64,000 bases of DNA from Bacteriovoracia bacterium (GCA_050251055.1 JBFWNL010000001.1:1-64000), one strand, 5' to 3'. Counted from the stretch's first letter, positions 54,555 through 62,957 are shown. Notes: generated from the letters alone by a model not told the origin. Numbers and translations: made by a program.

Positions 54555-54904
54555 TTCTTGCGGTACTTTTCTCGTTCGGCTTCGGTAAGTCCGAGCCAGC
54601 GCGCGTATTTCGCGCGCAACTCCGCCTTGGCGGGCTCAGGCAGCTGCTGAAAGTCGTGGTAAGAGCTTTCAACCTGCTGCTTTTCTTCGGACGCCATGGC
54701 CTGCCAGTCCTTTAAATTGTCCTGCAGCTTACTCTGCTCGCCGGGCGGGCGCTCCCGAAACTTTTGAAAAAGAGCGACGGCTTCCGCTTGGCGTTCAATC
54801 GGCTGCCGAGCAAAACGGCCTTGCGTTTTATTCAGAAGGCTCCGCAGCTCGTCGTCCATCGGCTCCCAGGTGGAAAGTTTCTTTTTTCCGTCGTTAGCTT
54901 TCAT
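54551..54904 (-). CDS. DUF3106-like helical repeat protein
   Basis: WQAMASEEKQ, FQQLPEPAKA, WLGLTEAERE repeats. Confidence 0.75.
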   Translation of the reverse strand: MKANDGKKKLSTWEPMDDELRSLLNKTQGRFARQPIERQAEAVALFQKFRERPPGEQSKLQDNLKDWQAMASEEKQQVESSYHDFQQLPEPAKAELRAKYARWLGLTEAEREKYRKK

Positions 54905-54908
54905 GGCG

Positions 54909-55310
54909 TCATCCCTTCCACCGCTTTAAAGCGTCGTAGTCTCTTAGGAGGTCTAGATTCAAAAGCAGCTCGGCTTTGGTTTCTAGCTCCGGATTAAAAG
55001 AGGCGATCTCCGGATTTTCTCGCAAGGCTTTCTGGATTTCCGCGTGGGCCATCGGCGGCGGGGCCGGGGTTTCGCCAGGAGTGACTTCGGTGCGTCGGCG
55101 GTTGCCCGGCAGCCAGAAATACAGCGCGGCCGCGGCCAAAGCCAGCCCGGCTCCGCCGCTGAGCTGCAGCCACGCGCGACGCGAGTAGGTTCGTGGCGTC
55201 GCCCGGGGAGCCGACTTCTTCAGCTCGCCGGCGAGCGCCTGCAGGAGACGTTGGTCGGCGGCATCGTCCGCTTGGTGCAGGACGCTCTTCCATTTAGAAT
55301 TCCTTTTCAT
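54909..55310 (-). CDS. single-TM putative anti-sigma factor
   Basis: Coupled to the ECF sigma; TM GLALAAAALYFW; ELLLNLDLLRDYDAL tail. Confidence 0.7.
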   Translation of the reverse strand: MKRNSKWKSVLHQADDAADQRLLQALAGELKKSAPRATPRTYSRRAWLQLSGGAGLALAAAALYFWLPGNRRRTEVTPGETPAPPPMAHAEIQKALRENPEIASFNPELETKAELLLNLDLLRDYDALKRWKG

Positions 55311-55906
55311 TTTCGCTCGCCTCCCGACTTAGCCTTCAAAGCTTTCGTCAGCGCCGCCTTGGCCCGCGACAGATTCACATAAAACGCATTGGGCTTGAGC
55401 TTCAGAGCCGCCGCGGCCTCCTCCACGGACATCTCGTCGGACATCCAAAGGGTGATCACGCGGCGCTGGGTTTCCGGCAACGCGTCCACGGCCTCCCGGA
55501 TCAAGGCGATGTCTTCGATCTGGGCGAGCACCGATTCGATATCTTCGCGCGAGTCGTCCGCGACCTGTTCGATGGCGGCCTCTTCAGATTCGTCGTAATT
55601 TTTTTTGAGCTCCACGGGGTCGTGGGAGGATTGCAGCAGGTCGAAACAGGAGTTGCGGGCGATGGTCAATAGCCAGGAGCGGAACTTGCCAGTCGGCGTG
55701 TATCCGGCCGCGGCGCTGATCACCTTCGTCCAGGTGATCTGGCAAATATCTTCTAAATGATCCCGCTTGGCACGACCGAGCAGGCGAGCCGAGTAACCCC
55801 GTACCACCGGCGAATGGCGCTTGACGAGCACACTTAGAGAATCAAATTGTCCACGTGCGACCAACAACATGAGTTCATCATCCGTCTTATCCCCCGAGTC
55901 GGTCAC
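55307..55906 (-). CDS. ECF RNA polymerase sigma factor
   Basis: TDDELM, EDICQITW, FRSWLLTIARN, LPETQR, LSRAK; start probably GTG 55906 just after TATAAT (ATG 55927 alternative). Confidence 0.92.
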   Translation of the reverse strand: MTDSGDKTDDELMLLVARGQFDSLSVLVKRHSPVVRGYSARLLGRAKRDHLEDICQITWTKVISAAAGYTPTGKFRSWLLTIARNSCFDLLQSSHDPVELKKNYDESEEAAIEQVADDSREDIESVLAQIEDIALIREAVDALPETQRRVITLWMSDEMSVEEAAAALKLKPNAFYVNLSRAKAALTKALKAKSGGERK

Positions 55907-55983
55907 AATGCTCGAATTATATCCCATGTTGTTCGAGCTTCGTACCGGTTAAGTAGCTGGAGCCTCCTACAGAGGAAACGGAG

Positions 55984-56021
55984 CTGGGGAGGATTTCTTA
56001 CATCCTCCCCAGGTTTTATTT
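55984..56021 (+). terminator. terminator-like hairpin in a divergent intergenic region
   Basis: CTGGGGAGGAT/ATCCTCCCCAG 11-bp stem followed by GTTTTATTT. Confidence 0.45.
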
Positions 56022-56242
56022 TTAGGAAAAAATACCTGTAAAAACAAGTATTTAAATGGAAATTAAGAGGCGGCGGACGGAGCAAGGGTTGAGGGTCAGG
56101 GGCCACCGTCCGCCGAGCAAGAAACCAGTTTTGCAGGGCCGTTACTTGCTAGTGAGGGAGCCAACGTGCGTCCCGGTGGATTCTTACGTGCCAGATAAAA
56201 ATTCCGAAACTTTTGTGAAGTAAGATTTTCCGATCCTGCTCG

Positions 56243-57565
56243 TTGCCTCACGAGAAGGATCATTCGGGGCGGTATTTTTTTAGGGGGCTAAGCATGACTT
56301 TAGTCGAAGCGATGACCGCAACGATCCTAGCCGTAGGCGCGACGCTGGTGGCAGGGACGGTCATGGTCAATCAACAGAAGAGCACGCACCAGGCCCAGAT
56401 GCGGGCCGAGCTGGAAGGCTCGTTCGTACAGCTCACCCAGGTCCTTGGCCAGGCATCCCGTTGCACGGCGGCTCTCAAGAACCAGCTGGCGGAAGGAGAA
56501 ATCTCCGTAGCGGTTGCCGGGCAGTTCACGGTGAAGTCACAGACGAAGCTAGGAGTTTGGAGTATTGGACCGGTACGCATTCGGAAGGAGTCCGAAGTTT
56601 TGGCCCAGGTCGATACGGGGCTTCCCCTGTGGTTTGCCAGCCTGGAGTTCTCGGCATCGCTCCCGAGCGGTGGTGCTCCCCGGAACTTCGCGTTTCCCTT
56701 GGCCGTGGAGCTGGACAAAACCGGGGCTGACGCCAAGATCGTTCGGTGTTTTTCCCGTGAGGCCATCGCGCAAAGCTGCCCCGCTAACGAATACATTCAG
56801 CGCATGGCTCCCGGTACCGGGTTGACCTGCGCGCCGATCGCCGATTCAGGATTGAATCTCAATTGCGGGGTGGGTTTGCTGATGGTGGGGATCACCGTCG
56901 ATGGGAAAGCGGTTTGCGTCTCCCCGGGCGCGACGCCGGGACGTACGGCGGCTACGCGTACGTTCGCGGGCACGCCGCCGCCACCCCCGCCGCCGCCGGG
57001 AACGGTCTCGCTCAGCGGCGCGGATTTCCCAGTGCCCGGCTTGCATAGCTTCCAAGTTCCGGTGGGGATCGGCGCGGGCAAGAAATTGAACTTTAAAATC
57101 AGCGGCGGCGGCGGCGGTGGGGGTGGTGGTCATAAAGAAACGGGCGGGGGCGGCGAAGGCAGTTCCGGCCTGGAGTTCACGGTGCCGGTGAGCGGCGGCG
57201 AAGTCTTTCAAATTCGCGTCGGCATGGGTGGGTTTTGTCCGGATAACGAAAAGCCGGGCAGCGCGGGCGGGCTTTCCTCCGTCAGTGGCCCGGGTGTTCC
57301 TGGAGGCATGGCCGTCGCTCCGGGCGGCGGGGGAGGCCGGGTCGATGCGCGTAAAGGAAATTGCGCGAAGAATGATCCGGTCACGAACGGTAAGCCCGCC
57401 CCCTTCGGCTGGGATCCGGGTGGCCAAGGCGGAGGTGGGCCGCCGGGAGGCGGAGGCCGTCCCACGGGCGCGCCGGGAAAATTCGGTTCGGGCGGCGGCG
57501 GCGGCTGCGACAATGCGAAGGGAGGATTCGGTGGCGATGGACGCGTACTCATTACTCCTCAGTGA
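56243..57565 (+). CDS. prepilin-like protein with Cys repeats, poly-Pro linker and glycine-rich C-terminal domain
   Basis: S|MTLVE hydrophobic helix; CPANEY..C, CGVG.LMVGI..DGKAVC; P8; ISGGGGGGGGG...RVGMGG...GGDGRVLI; start uncertain. Confidence 0.8.
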   Translation: MPHEKDHSGRYFFRGLSMTLVEAMTATILAVGATLVAGTVMVNQQKSTHQAQMRAELEGSFVQLTQVLGQASRCTAALKNQLAEGEISVAVAGQFTVKSQTKLGVWSIGPVRIRKESEVLAQVDTGLPLWFASLEFSASLPSGGAPRNFAFPLAVELDKTGADAKIVRCFSREAIAQSCPANEYIQRMAPGTGLTCAPIADSGLNLNCGVGLLMVGITVDGKAVCVSPGATPGRTAATRTFAGTPPPPPPPPGTVSLSGADFPVPGLHSFQVPVGIGAGKKLNFKISGGGGGGGGGHKETGGGGEGSSGLEFTVPVSGGEVFQIRVGMGGFCPDNEKPGSAGGLSSVSGPGVPGGMAVAPGGGGGRVDARKGNCAKNDPVTNGKPAPFGWDPGGQGGGGPPGGGGRPTGAPGKFGSGGGGGCDNAKGGFGGDGRVLITPQ

Positions 57566-58997
57566 TCGACGGGGTTTCTCGATGCTGGCGAGCGTGATGG
57601 CCGTGGCGGCGGTCACGACCGGGGCCTATTGGGTGATGTCTTCCCAGCTCAATCGCGCGCGCTCGGAAGCCGCGCAACGGGGTCTGGTGAGCTGGTATCA
57701 GGCCGTGGAGAAGTTCGAGAGCATCGTCGTGAATCCGACTCGTTGTGCTTCGCTTTTCCCGGGCCTCGCTTACGAAACGCTCCAAAGCAACCAGCAGGTG
57801 AGCTCGTTCAGCGACAGCGAAATCTGGCGGGAAGCCGGCCTTCGGGGCGAGCTAGGGGAACCCCAGAATGCCGGGTTTGAGACGATTGACGGCATCGTCG
57901 ACAATGACGCCAGCGGCGCCTTGGCCTCGCTTCCTCCCGCCACCATGCTCAGCATGGGCTTGATGCGGCTTGTAAACGTCAGCCTAAAGCTTCAGCCTAC
58001 CCAGTCGTCCGGGATCATGAAAAGCGTGGCAAAGAATTTAAAGGTCAGTCTGGCTTTCGCGACCAATGGTGGCGAGTTGAAGAAATGCCGAATTTACACG
58101 AACAAGACCGAAAACGCCTGCGCCACGGGCGAGCTGCCCGTCGGGGTAAACGCGAATGGCGAGCTCGAGTGCAAAAAACCAAACCTGGAAACGAAGCTTC
58201 CTTCGGGGAACTGCACCGGCGGTCGGTCGATCGCGAGCCTTCCCGCCAAGGGCGCGCCCGAGTGCAACCCGCTTCCCAATTACAAAAAACACGACGCGGA
58301 CGCGCTCACCCTGATCGTGAATCCACACAAACTTCAGAACGACTGCCAGTCCATCCGTAAAACCTTGGTCACGGTCTTGGCGGAATACACTTTCAGCACC
58401 TGCCCGGGACCGCCGTCCTCTGGCAACCCCCAGTGGATCGTCGATACGAACAACTCTTTCTTCTACTCCCATAGCCAGGCGCCCGGGGCCTGTGGCGGTG
58501 CTTACTCCATCGGCGGACTGGGAAACGGTGCCGGGACATTTAATCGGGACCTGTTCTACCAGCTACAAGCGGTTCATCCCGGGGACAAGAGCCCGCTCAA
58601 TTCCGACGGCACCCAGCCCTGCCTGGTACGCCGCCGTCAGCTCGATACCGGCGGCCCGATGTTTTCCGCGGGCGCCACGCCGCCGGGCTGGACCGAAGAG
58701 GTCGTGTTCGATCCCGCATCGAGCACTCAACGCCAGAAGTTCCTGACGGGCCTAGCCGACTGGGACGGCGCGGCCGACTATTACAACGGCAATTCCGTCG
58801 TGCCCAAGCCGTTACTGGACGGCGGCTTTCCCAGCTTCATCTACAGCACTCCCAACTCGTTCGGCGGCTGCTCCTCCCGGGTGCGGATTCTCACGCGTGT
58901 GACCGAGCAGGCAACCTGCGGGACGGCGAATGCCAATCCCCCTCAGCGTCCCAAGTACTCTTCGGGTCCTAAAAAGCCAGGAGGCATCGATGGATAA
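57537..58997 (+). CDS. prepilin-like Cys-rich protein
   Basis: RRG|FSMLA (Glu5 absent); CATGELPVGVNANGELEC repeat; real start ATG 57537, not 57228. Confidence 0.75.
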   Translation: MDAYSLLLSDRRGFSMLASVMAVAAVTTGAYWVMSSQLNRARSEAAQRGLVSWYQAVEKFESIVVNPTRCASLFPGLAYETLQSNQQVSSFSDSEIWREAGLRGELGEPQNAGFETIDGIVDNDASGALASLPPATMLSMGLMRLVNVSLKLQPTQSSGIMKSVAKNLKVSLAFATNGGELKKCRIYTNKTENACATGELPVGVNANGELECKKPNLETKLPSGNCTGGRSIASLPAKGAPECNPLPNYKKHDADALTLIVNPHKLQNDCQSIRKTLVTVLAEYTFSTCPGPPSSGNPQWIVDTNNSFFYSHSQAPGACGGAYSIGGLGNGAGTFNRDLFYQLQAVHPGDKSPLNSDGTQPCLVRRRQLDTGGPMFSAGATPPGWTEEVVFDPASSTQRQKFLTGLADWDGAADYYNGNSVVPKPLLDGGFPSFIYSTPNSFGGCSSRVRILTRVTEQATCGTANANPPQRPKYSSGPKKPGGIDG

Positions 58998-60318
58998 GCA
59001 AGGTTTTTCCCTCTCCGAGGCGATGCTCTCCCTTTTCGTCATCGCCACGGTGGCCGTTGCGGGAGCGGCGGCATTCCGGTCGTCTCCGGGGGATGCCGCC
59101 TGGGCCGAAAAGCGGCTCTACGCAAATGCCGGATCGGTGGATATGTGCGAGCTGAACCTAAAAGACCAGCTCGCTCCCGCCGTTCATCAAAGCGTGAAGC
59201 TGGCGGACTGGAAGTGGTCTTCGCCTTCGTCCGCGACGGGCAGTAGCCCGGAGCCGATCCAGTTTTCCCAGGTGCGCTTAGAAAGCGAGTCCGAAACCCC
59301 TTCCGGCACGGAATCCTTGCAGGTAGAGGCTTGGCTGCGTGCGGAGGCAGGCAATCCGAAAGGCAGCGTGCAGAAGTATAATTACCCGGTGTCGTTGCTC
59401 GTAGACGTGGCCACTCGGAAAATCGTGCGTTGCCTGTCTCCCAAGGCGACGGTCTTATCCAATGCGGACTGCGAAGGCGAGGGAAGCTGGCTCCAAGGCT
59501 TACTGGGCGGCATAACGGTTTGCCAAAACACGCCCGTTTCCCTCAAGGAGGCGCAGATGTGTCCCGCGGGGCAGGCGATCACGCAGGTCACCCAGGACGG
59601 CAAGGTGGTGTGCACGTCCTATGGTTGGAATGACGCTTCGGTCGTGGCCAAAATCGAATACGAACAGTTCATTAAGTGGGACGTGATCACGGGAGCGGTG
59701 GCTTCTTCCCAGTTGGGTTTTTTCGGTGATCCCCTGAGCCCCGACTACCCCAATCCGACGGCCGCCGGCGCAAATAAGAGCGACGTATACGATCGGCTTC
59801 AGCTTTTTATCGACTTCAATCAAAAACCGGAGTTAAAGGCCGCGAACTGGCTGGTGGGCCGGTTCTTTGTCGTCGACCCCGGAAGCCAGTCGGTATCGCT
59901 GCGTCTGAACGTGGACTACTATACGTTCGACAACTTGGTGCAGTGGTTTCCGGATTACGGCTTCGGTCCGCCCAATCATGATCCGACCAAGCGGAGCATG
60001 CCTTATTACGCAAACCCCTATAAAGGCCCGGGCCAAAAGAAAGACTCCCTGGTGTTCGCGTACCAGCTCAACGCCCGGGATCAATATCTGGAGCTGCGTT
60101 CCGAGGTCCACTTCGTCAAAGACATCACGCCCGATCAATTCCCCAATATACAAGCCAATCTGCGCCTGTGCACGGGCTTGAGCCAGGACGAGCAAAATCC
60201 CTGCAGCCTCGAGTATTGGCGCCAAATCGATCAAGGCGGCCCGCCCACGAGCCCTCCGGGGAACGGGATGCCGCCGGGGTGGATCCCGAAGTCCGGGGTT
60301 TTGGGCGCGAATTTTTAA
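58990..60318 (+). CDS. prepilin-like Cys-rich protein
   Basis: MDKQG|FSLSE; GGAGG RBS; CPAGQAITQVTQDGKVVC repeat. Confidence 0.8.
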   Translation: MDKQGFSLSEAMLSLFVIATVAVAGAAAFRSSPGDAAWAEKRLYANAGSVDMCELNLKDQLAPAVHQSVKLADWKWSSPSSATGSSPEPIQFSQVRLESESETPSGTESLQVEAWLRAEAGNPKGSVQKYNYPVSLLVDVATRKIVRCLSPKATVLSNADCEGEGSWLQGLLGGITVCQNTPVSLKEAQMCPAGQAITQVTQDGKVVCTSYGWNDASVVAKIEYEQFIKWDVITGAVASSQLGFFGDPLSPDYPNPTAAGANKSDVYDRLQLFIDFNQKPELKAANWLVGRFFVVDPGSQSVSLRLNVDYYTFDNLVQWFPDYGFGPPNHDPTKRSMPYYANPYKGPGQKKDSLVFAYQLNARDQYLELRSEVHFVKDITPDQFPNIQANLRLCTGLSQDEQNPCSLEYWRQIDQGGPPTSPPGNGMPPGWIPKSGVLGANF

Positions 60319-60338
60319 ATGAAAGCAAAGGAGTAACG

Positions 60339-61067
60339 ATGAAAATCAATCCGTTTTCGGTCGGGATCGGTGTCTTCGCATTGCTGGTTTCATTTAGCGT
60401 AGAGGCGAAAAAGAATAAGGAGAAAGAGAAAAACAAAGACAAGAACCAGATTACCTCGACCAGCAAGCCCGTGAAGGCAAGCGCGTCGGTAAAGAAAGCA
60501 CTCCAGACGATCGCCAGCTACCGCGCGAGCACGCAAGCGATGGGAAATTCCGGGGGAAGCCCGTCCGGGAGCGGGGTGGTGTTGGGCAAGGATGTGCTTT
60601 CTTCTCAGTACCAAGGCGCCTACGGTGAAACGAAAGTCACCAGCGAGTCGAAGTTCACTGAACGCGGGGACAAACAGCGGGCGAAGCTGGAGAAAAAGCT
60701 CGCTCAAGCCGATGGAAACACGGAGAAGCTCGTGAAGCTGCAGGCGAAGCTTCTCAAGAAAGCGGCCAAGGCCGAAAAGACCTTGGCGAAAGTCCAGAAG
60801 GCCAAGGCGAAAGATGCGGTGGGCACTTCGTTGGCGGAAGAGTTATTGATGGCTCAAAAAGAATACTACGAAATGCAGGCCAACTACGTGCAAAGCTACG
60901 CTCCGCCGGTGGTGGAGTCGTCCGCGCCGGTGGACCCGAACGTCTGCCTACGTGAAGGCGATTGCGTGTCGGCGTACGAAGGGGATCTGGCCGGGGGTGA
61001 ATATTATACCAGCGAGAGCCCAAGCGCGGGAGGCGGTGGGGGCTCGCCGGCGTCGGTGGCGTATTGA
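60339..61067 (+). CDS. exported Lys-rich coiled-coil protein
   Basis: AAGGAG RBS; signal ending VEA; Lys/Ala helices; ends PASVAY. Confidence 0.7.
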   Translation: MKINPFSVGIGVFALLVSFSVEAKKNKEKEKNKDKNQITSTSKPVKASASVKKALQTIASYRASTQAMGNSGGSPSGSGVVLGKDVLSSQYQGAYGETKVTSESKFTERGDKQRAKLEKKLAQADGNTEKLVKLQAKLLKKAAKAEKTLAKVQKAKAKDAVGTSLAEELLMAQKEYYEMQANYVQSYAPPVVESSAPVDPNVCLREGDCVSAYEGDLAGGEYYTSESPSAGGGGGSPASVAY

Positions 61068-61106
61068 GACGCCTCCGGGGTGTTTGGGTGAGAGTATCGT
61101 TGATAT

Positions 61107-61160
61107 AGAAAAACCCCGCGGATCCCAGCCGATATGGCCTTCCTCCGCGGGGCTTTCTTT
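61107..61160. terminator. probable bidirectional terminator
   Basis: CCCCGCGGA/TCCGCGGGG stem flanked by A and T runs between convergent genes. Confidence 0.6.
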
Positions 61161-61166
61161 AGAAAT

Positions 61167-61535
61167 TTAGAGTCCCGAGATGGCCCCGCCGTACCATCCG
61201 ATATCGTCGAAGTTACCTCCGCAAAATAAGTCCGTTATCCTCTGGTATTCTCGCTCTTGCGCATCCGACCATTGTCCGCCCGGTCCAGCAGGGAAACAGC
61301 GCTTTACGTAGGAATAGGCGGCGTGCGCGCAGGCTTGACAGGGATTGCCGGGATCGTCGTAGCATCCGCCTGCTTGCAGATAGGCCTGACAAGCTCCCGT
61401 GTATTGGGCCAGCGGCTGGAACCAGTCCAGACAGGCTTGCGTAACCCTGTGCACTTCTGCCGCCGTGGCGGAGGCTGACGATTGAAAGGCGCTTAACGCT
61501 AACAAAAGCATGACGAATATCTTCCGAATTTTCAT
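61167..61535 (-). CDS. small exported Cys-rich protein
   Basis: Signal MKIRKIFVMLLLALSAFQSSASA; 7 Cys; GAGGG RBS. Confidence 0.65.
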   Translation of the reverse strand: MKIRKIFVMLLLALSAFQSSASATAAEVHRVTQACLDWFQPLAQYTGACQAYLQAGGCYDDPGNPCQACAHAAYSYVKRCFPAGPGGQWSDAQEREYQRITDLFCGGNFDDIGWYGGAISGL

Positions 61536-61795
61536 AGGATTCCCCTCTTGCCCAGTTAGACGAGCTCGCTTGCGAAAACCTTACTTGAGAACGTATGAAT
61601 AAATAGGCTGGGTCCGGGGTGACTCGGTGGGATTTCAGACTTATGCAAAACCTAGTCGACTATTGCGCTAGTGAACTAAAAACCGGTTCTTTTAGAAAAC
61701 GCTTTTGAAATGCCGGCTCGAAGTGTGGCCGAAGTGCGGAAGCTGACGCGGGATGTTCAGCAGGCTTCGCGTTTGAGTACGCAGCGGGCGTTGGC

Positions 61796-62095
61796 TTAAG
61801 CCACTTCCTCCAGTTCGTACCGGATACGCAAACCAAAAGGCGCTAGATAGGTATTCAAGGTTTCTGGTTTGGGCGTGCGTTTCCCACGTAAGAATGCCGT
61901 GACGTGCGGGGCGTGCACCTTGGCGAGCTTGGCGAACTCTTTGACGCCCATGCGGTAAATCGTGTGTTTGAGGGCGGCTTCTAGGCTCATCCCGTCGTCG
62001 CCTTCCATGAGCGCGAAGAGGAAGTGTTTAGTCTGCTTGGGGCTTTTGAGCAGTCGTTGGCTGAGCTGTTGCTCGTAAGTTTCATTTCGATTCAT
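61796..62095 (-). CDS. HTH antitoxin (HigA/addiction-module-antidote-like)
   Basis: YEQQLSQRL...LEAALKHTI..MGVKEFAKLA...TPKPETLNTYLAPFGL; ends EEVA. Confidence 0.75.
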   Translation of the reverse strand: MNRNETYEQQLSQRLLKSPKQTKHFLFALMEGDDGMSLEAALKHTIYRMGVKEFAKLAKVHAPHVTAFLRGKRTPKPETLNTYLAPFGLRIRYELEEVA

Positions 62096-62201
62096 CGCGG
62101 TATTCCTCTTGGCTCCTCCCAGGGCTACTCGTTCCACGTAGGCATCGACTCGGCTTTGAACAGCGGCAGGTAGCTGGTCGGAAAATCCGAATGCTTTTCA
62201 T
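62085..62201 (-). pseudogene. internally deleted RelE/HigB-like toxin remnant
   Basis: Fragments MKSIRIF / DQLPAAVQSRVDAYVERVALGGAKRN / EYRDESK* in two frames directly upstream of the antitoxin. Confidence 0.6.
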
Positions 62202-62213
62202 GGACGCGCCTTT

Positions 62214-62235
62214 AAAATACCAAAAATGGTATTTT
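62214..62235. promoter_or_regulatory. palindromic operator of the TA locus
   Basis: AAAATACCA-AAAA-TGGTATTTT just upstream of the toxin ATG. Confidence 0.6.
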
Positions 62236-62285
62236 TGGTCGACTCTAAAAGAGGCGGCGCATTTTTTTAGTAAGACTTTGAAATA

Positions 62286-62340
62286 ATTGAACTTCCCAAC
62301 TTGAGATCACAAATTGTGATTTCAAGTTGGGAAGTTCAAT
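62286..62340. repeat. 55-bp near-perfect palindrome (27-bp arms, 1 mismatch, 1-nt centre)
   Basis: ATTGAACTTCCCAACTTGAGATCACAA-A-TTGTGATTTCAAGTTGGGAAGTTCAAT. Confidence 0.95.
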
Positions 62341-62343
62341 CGT

Positions 62344-62835
62344 TCATTCTTCCGATAGTCCGGCGATCAGGTCTTTGATTGCATCGAAGACCACTTGGAA
62401 TTGCCGATCGTGCTTTGAGTACTTTTGCTCTAACGCCGCGATCTGCCGCGCTAGTTCTTGATCTGTCAGCAAAGATTCCCGAAGTTTTACGAAAGTTCTC
62501 ATGATGAGTACGTTCACCTCGATGGCGCGGGGGCTAGAAAGGACGCTGGAGAGCATAGCGACGCCTTGTTCGGTGAACGCCAAGGGTGAACGTCGACGTC
62601 CTCCATGACCATGACTTGAGGTCACATTTTGAGACCTCAAGATTGCAAACTCCGCATTGCTTAATGTGAACATGAAATCACCGGGGAATCTTGCGGGGTT
62701 CCGCTTCACTTGCTGATTTAGCTGGCCCGTAGGTATCTGATAGAGGTCCGCTAAATCGTGATCCAACATGACGCTTAAGCCGCGAATTCGGTAGATTTTC
62801 GGTTCAACGCTGACGGGTGGGGAGGCGGAATCCAT
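62344..62835 (-). CDS. ORF6N domain DNA-binding protein
   Basis: IRGLSVMLDHDLADLY, LNQQVKRNPARFPGDFMFTL, GGRRRSPLAFTEQGVAMLSSVL, IMRTFVKLR; start probably ATG 62835. Confidence 0.93.
   Translation of the reverse strand: MDSASPPVSVEPKIYRIRGLSVMLDHDLADLYQIPTGQLNQQVKRNPARFPGDFMFTLSNAEFAILRSQNVTSSHGHGGRRRSPLAFTEQGVAMLSSVLSSPRAIEVNVLIMRTFVKLRESLLTDQELARQIAALEQKYSKHDRQFQVVFDAIKDLIAGLSEE
62615..62641. repeat. intragenic coding palindrome in ORF6N
   Basis: CTTGAGGTCACA-TTT-TGAGACCTCAAG (1 mismatch) encodes LRSQNVTSS on the minus strand. Confidence 0.85.
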
Positions 62836-62957
62836 TCCCGCCTGCGCTACAAAGTCTGGGCCGGACGCCAGCTTGTTTCGGGGATATAGGTCTTGTAGGG
62901 TGGATCGGTGGTTGGATTTCGGACTGCGGGGAGCCACTGGAGCCCTTGGGAGATCGC

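Noticed and set aside
57228-57536. N-terminal extension of the second pilin-like ORF
   Set aside because: Overlaps the upstream gene; the prepilin motif implies a start at 57537.
50689-60318. Diversity-generating retroelement or shufflon acting on adhesin tips
   Set aside because: No reverse transcriptase, recombinase or adenine-variant template repeat was visible in the window.
61540-61790. c-di-GMP riboswitch or other ncRNA around GCAAAAC
   Set aside because: Could not build the GNRA-capped P2 and receptor P3 stems.
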